Position numbers and translations under genes: made by a program. Below the pieces are notes generated by a model. The model was not told the DNA's origin. It saw nothing but the letters and a program-made list of their open reading frames with translations, and ran no database searches. Positions 6,515-9,232 of a DNA stretch of 9,232 nt are shown here, one piece after another; within the stretch, counting starts at the first letter, position 1, and each line of letters starts with the position of its first letter. The DNA is from Prasinococcaceae sp. CCMP 1430 (lineage: Eukaryota > Plantae > Prasinodermophyta), in contig RQSC01000011.1 in NCBI GenBank assembly GCA_013416795.1, positions 370,593-379,824 on the forward strand. Reading direction: 5' to 3'.

Positions 6515-6699
6515 ACTCCCTACGCCCTACGTGGCGTGACGCGTTGTGCTGTGCCGCGCGCGACGCGTAGCGAGCGCACGGTGCAGCAACAACGCAGAGT
6601 GGCACTCCTGGCTGATCGGCCCCCTAGGGTTAGGATTTCCCTCGGGGAACCGCCGCCAGAAACTAACAACACACAACCCAATATCCAAAAGGGGCATTA
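6515..6699 (-). repeat. Repeat A, 5'-terminal copy (identical to 5618-5802)
   Basis: 185-nt direct repeat, offset 897. Confidence 0.95.
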
Positions 6700-6785
6700 C
6701 ATGGCGACGGTTCGCCGGCGGCGCGGCGGACGCGACGGCGTCCTCTCAGCCTGCAGCCTGGTCCGCTCCCTCGGGCGCTCGCTCG

Positions 6786-7400
6786 CTACGCGTCGTCGTC
6801 AGAGTCCATGATCAGCGCGCGCCGGCGGCTGACCAGCACCGGCCCAGCCGCGCCGTTGGAGGCGTGCTTTGGCGCGGGCGGTGCGAAGTTCTCCTCGGCG
6901 AGGTCCGAGTCCGCCAGCGAGTCGCCGGCGGCGCGCGCGCCCGACGGCGAGCGCGCCGCAGCGACCACTTCTCGGCGCGCGGACGCCAGGGGCTTCCTCG
7001 CCTCCTGCGTTTGCGTGGGCTGTTGCCGTGCGAGCTGCTGCTGCTGCGTGGGGGCGTACTCTTCCCCGCTGTCGCTCCCGCCCTGAGCCGCGCTCGTGTC
7101 CTGCCGCCCGCCGCTCCGACGGCCGCGTCCCTCCGCCTCTGCATCGGCCCCCTCGCTGCCGTCCGAGTCCGACCCGCCCTCCCAGTACGCCACGGGCGCG
7201 CACCTGCGCCTCCCGCCGCTCAGAATGTTTGTGGCGTCGATCCCGTCGAGCTCGCGCTCGAGCTCGCGCTTCTTGCGGGCCTCGGTGATCTGGCGCGCCG
7301 ACGCGCGCAGCGGGTCGCGCAGGCCCGCGCGCACGAGCGCGTCGGTGGCGAGCGCCGCCTTGGCCTCGACGCGCGCGGGCGCCCCGCCCCACCGCCCGCG
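6786..7400 (-). CDS. CHZ-motif histone chaperone (HIRIP3/Chz1-like) C-terminal region; 5' end unresolved
   Basis: GLRDPLRASARQITEARKKRELERELDGIDATNILSGGRRR matches the CHZ signature (R..EL.gID.sNI....RR), followed by acidic SDSD patches and RRRALIMDSDDDA*. The left coordinate is the stop; the right coordinate is approximate. Confidence 0.7.
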   Translation of the reverse strand, partial: RGRWGGAPARVEAKAALATDALVRAGLRDPLRASARQITEARKKRELERELDGIDATNILSGGRRRCAPVAYWEGGSDSDGSEGADAEAEGRGRRSGGRQDTSAAQGGSDSGEEYAPTQQQQLARQQPTQTQEARKPLASARREVVAAARSPSGARAAGDSLADSDLAEENFAPPAPKHASNGAAGPVLVSRRRALIMDSDDDA

Positions 7401-7434
7401 CTCGCTCGCCGGGGCGCTCGACTCGGCGCACGCG

Positions 7435-9168
7435 ATGGCGCCGGCGGGGGGTTGCACGGGGGTGGAGAGCGTGCAGCTGAGCAGCACGACGCCCATCGTC
7501 GGGTGCGAGCTGTCCCCGTACATCCTGCTGCGGCGCGAGGACGGCTCCACCGTGCAGGCGTCCAAGGCCCCGCAGGGGATCCTGCAGCACCGCTGGTACC
7601 GCTCGGTGCCCGCCGGCTCCGGCGAGCCGTGCTGGCTCACGGGGCGGCCGGGCACGCTGCAGTTCGTGGGCTGCCCCAAGCTCAATGTGCCGCAGTTCCA
7701 CGCGGCGGGCGCCGAGCCGTTCGCGCGGCTGTGGCAGCTGTACCACCGAAGGGGCGGCGGGCCGAGCCCGGAGGAGGCCGGCCTCATCCGGCAGAGCGTG
7801 CGGCGGCCGCCGGCGGGCGATCTGGCAGGCCCGAAGCAGCTGTGGGTGGAGGTCGGCCGCGACAAGCTGTACACGCCCGGCGAAGACGACGTGGGCCACA
7901 CGCTGCGCTTCGAGTGCCGCGCGGCCGGCGCGCCCGGCGGCGCGGCCGCCGGCTCCTGGGTCGTCACCGACGCGGTGCTGCCCGCGCCGCTGCCGTTCGT
8001 GCGCAAGCGCGTGCCGGTCGAGCCGGTGCACGCCGACGGCGCGCCCGCGCAGTGCGCGAGCGGCGGGCGCTTCAGCGTGCTGTCGTACAACGTGCTGGCG
8101 GACCTGTACGCCACCAAGGAGCAGTACTCGTACGCGCCTTCGTGGGCGCTCGGCTGGGCGTACCGCAAGCAGAACCTGCTGCGCGAGCTCGTGGGCCACG
8201 GCGCGGACATCATGTGCCTGCAGGAGGTGCAGAGCGACCACTTCGAGGACTTCTGGGCGCCCGAGCTGTCGCGGCGCGGGTATGCGGCGGTGTACAAGAA
8301 GAAGACCGGCGAGATCTTCACGGGCACCGGCAGCGGCTACGCCATCGACGGCTGCGCGACCTTCTACCGGCGCGACCGCTTCGCGCTCGTCAAGAAGTAC
8401 GAGGTCGAGTTCAACAAGGCCGCGCTCAGCCTGAGCGAGAGCGTGCCCGCCGAGTCGCGCAAGGCGGCGCTCAACAGGCTGCTCAAGGACAACGTGGCGC
8501 TCATCGCGGTGCTCGAGGCGCTCGAGCCGCACGACGCCGACGCGGCGGCCTCGGGCAAGCGGCAGCTCGTGTGCGTGGCCAACACCCACATACACGCCAA
8601 CCCCGAGCTGAAGGACGTCAAGCTCTGGCAGGTGCACACGCTGCTCAAGGGCCTCGAGAAGATCGCCGCCAGCGCCGACATACCCATGATCGTCGCGGGC
8701 GACCTCAACTCGGAGCCGGGATCGGCGGCGCACGCGCTGCTCGCGCAGGGGCGCGTCGAGCCGTCGCACCCGGACCTCGCGACGGACCCGCTGGGCATCC
8801 TGCGGCCCGCGTCCAAGCTGTCGCACCAGCTGCCGCTGGTGAGCTCGTACTCGCACATGGCGCTCGCCAAGCCGGGCCCCGGTGTGAGCGCGGCGGAGGC
8901 CGAAACCCAGCGCGCGCGCCTCGATCCGGCCACCTCGGAGCCGCGCTTCTCCAACGTCACGCGCGACTTCACGGGCACGCTCGACTACATCTTCTACACG
9001 GCGCCCGCGCTCGTGCCGGTGAAGCTCCTGGAGCTCGTCGACAGAAAAGACATCACTCCGGAGGGCGTGCCCGGGCTGCCGAGCGCGCAGTGCAGCTCGG
9101 ACCACGTGCCGATGCTCGCCGAGTTCGCGATATGCCTGGGCGCGAAGTCGCGCAGGTCGAGCAGGTGA
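7435..9168 (+). CDS. CCR4: CCR4 (carbon catabolite repressor 4 homolog, plant CCR4a/b type) EEP-family poly(A) deadenylase, 577 aa
   Basis: The N-terminal PIVGCELSPYILLRR...RWYR matches plant CCR4a/b. EEP motifs SYNVLADLY, CLQEVQ, DGCATF, NTHIHANPE..DVKLWQV, GDLNS, GTLDYIFY and SSDH are all present. The first ATG in frame is 7435; the ORF-track start at 7096 is GTG. Confidence 0.93.
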   Translation: MAPAGGCTGVESVQLSSTTPIVGCELSPYILLRREDGSTVQASKAPQGILQHRWYRSVPAGSGEPCWLTGRPGTLQFVGCPKLNVPQFHAAGAEPFARLWQLYHRRGGGPSPEEAGLIRQSVRRPPAGDLAGPKQLWVEVGRDKLYTPGEDDVGHTLRFECRAAGAPGGAAAGSWVVTDAVLPAPLPFVRKRVPVEPVHADGAPAQCASGGRFSVLSYNVLADLYATKEQYSYAPSWALGWAYRKQNLLRELVGHGADIMCLQEVQSDHFEDFWAPELSRRGYAAVYKKKTGEIFTGTGSGYAIDGCATFYRRDRFALVKKYEVEFNKAALSLSESVPAESRKAALNRLLKDNVALIAVLEALEPHDADAAASGKRQLVCVANTHIHANPELKDVKLWQVHTLLKGLEKIAASADIPMIVAGDLNSEPGSAAHALLAQGRVEPSHPDLATDPLGILRPASKLSHQLPLVSSYSHMALAKPGPGVSAAEAETQRARLDPATSEPRFSNVTRDFTGTLDYIFYTAPALVPVKLLELVDRKDITPEGVPGLPSAQCSSDHVPMLAEFAICLGAKSRRSSR

Positions 9169-9232
9169 CAGGCGCCGCGGGCAGAGGCGCGCGCGCGCGA
9201 GGCCGCCCCCGCGCCGCCGAGAAGCGACGCCG

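Larger units (their letters stand above)
5013..6699 (-). mobile_element. Defective, internally deleted, tandemly duplicated DIRS-order (PAT/kangaroo/Ngaro-like, split-direct-repeat) retrotransposon
   Basis: Direct repeat A in three copies and repeat B in three copies, arranged A..BA..BA-spacer-B on -. CATTA at both termini (5013-5017, 6695-6699). RT and RNase H fragments resemble DIRS Pol. No tyrosine recombinase or YxDD motif is retained, so the class assignment rests on RT/RH resemblance plus terminal structure. Confidence 0.75.

Noticed and set aside
5013-6699. CRISPR-like repeat/spacer array
   Set aside because: Repeats are 155-185 nt, the intervening parts are duplicated retroelement fragments, and there are no cas genes; the context is eukaryotic.
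7096-7434. N-terminal extension of CCR4 in the ORF track
   Set aside because: Starts at GTG, is Ser/Arg/Ala-rich antisense of the CHZ ORF, and CCR4 homology begins only after ATG 7435.
6799-9105. 768-aa and 204-aa minus ORFs, the 7497-8327 part of ORF 6786-8327, and the + ORF 7685-8434
   Set aside because: Antisense or frame shadows of CCR4 with no recognisable motifs.

Overview
GC-rich eukaryotic DNA. The TTTAGGG telomere motif and plant-type CCR4 point to a green-lineage alga (inference). Left to right: (1) a minus-strand secreted protein (741-2858) with 7 FG-GAP repeats, a Pro linker and 5 RCC1/BLIP-II-like repeats, whose frame continues past a single TAG into a Lys/Cys-rich tail (393-740); (2) an apparently orphan minus-strand exon encoding Ser-Pro(n) plus a transmembrane helix (3990-4322); (3) an internal telomere tract, (TTCAGGG)7(TTTAGGG)10 at 4729-4851, with the polarity of a true chromosome end and starting at a 16-bp palindrome; (4) a 1.69-kb defective, tandemly duplicated DIRS-order retroelement with split direct repeats, CATTA at both ends and stitched ORF1/RT/RNase H fragments (5013-6699); (5) a minus-strand CHZ-motif (HIRIP3-like) histone chaperone ORF with no free start codon, head-to-head with (6) an intact, apparently intronless CCR4 deadenylase (7435-9168). 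The most unusual aspect is that the telomere tract, a telomere-mimicking mini-retroelement and two apparently 5'-truncated genes occur together. This looks like a healed and re-extended chromosome end, but an assembly artefact cannot be excluded from sequence alone.
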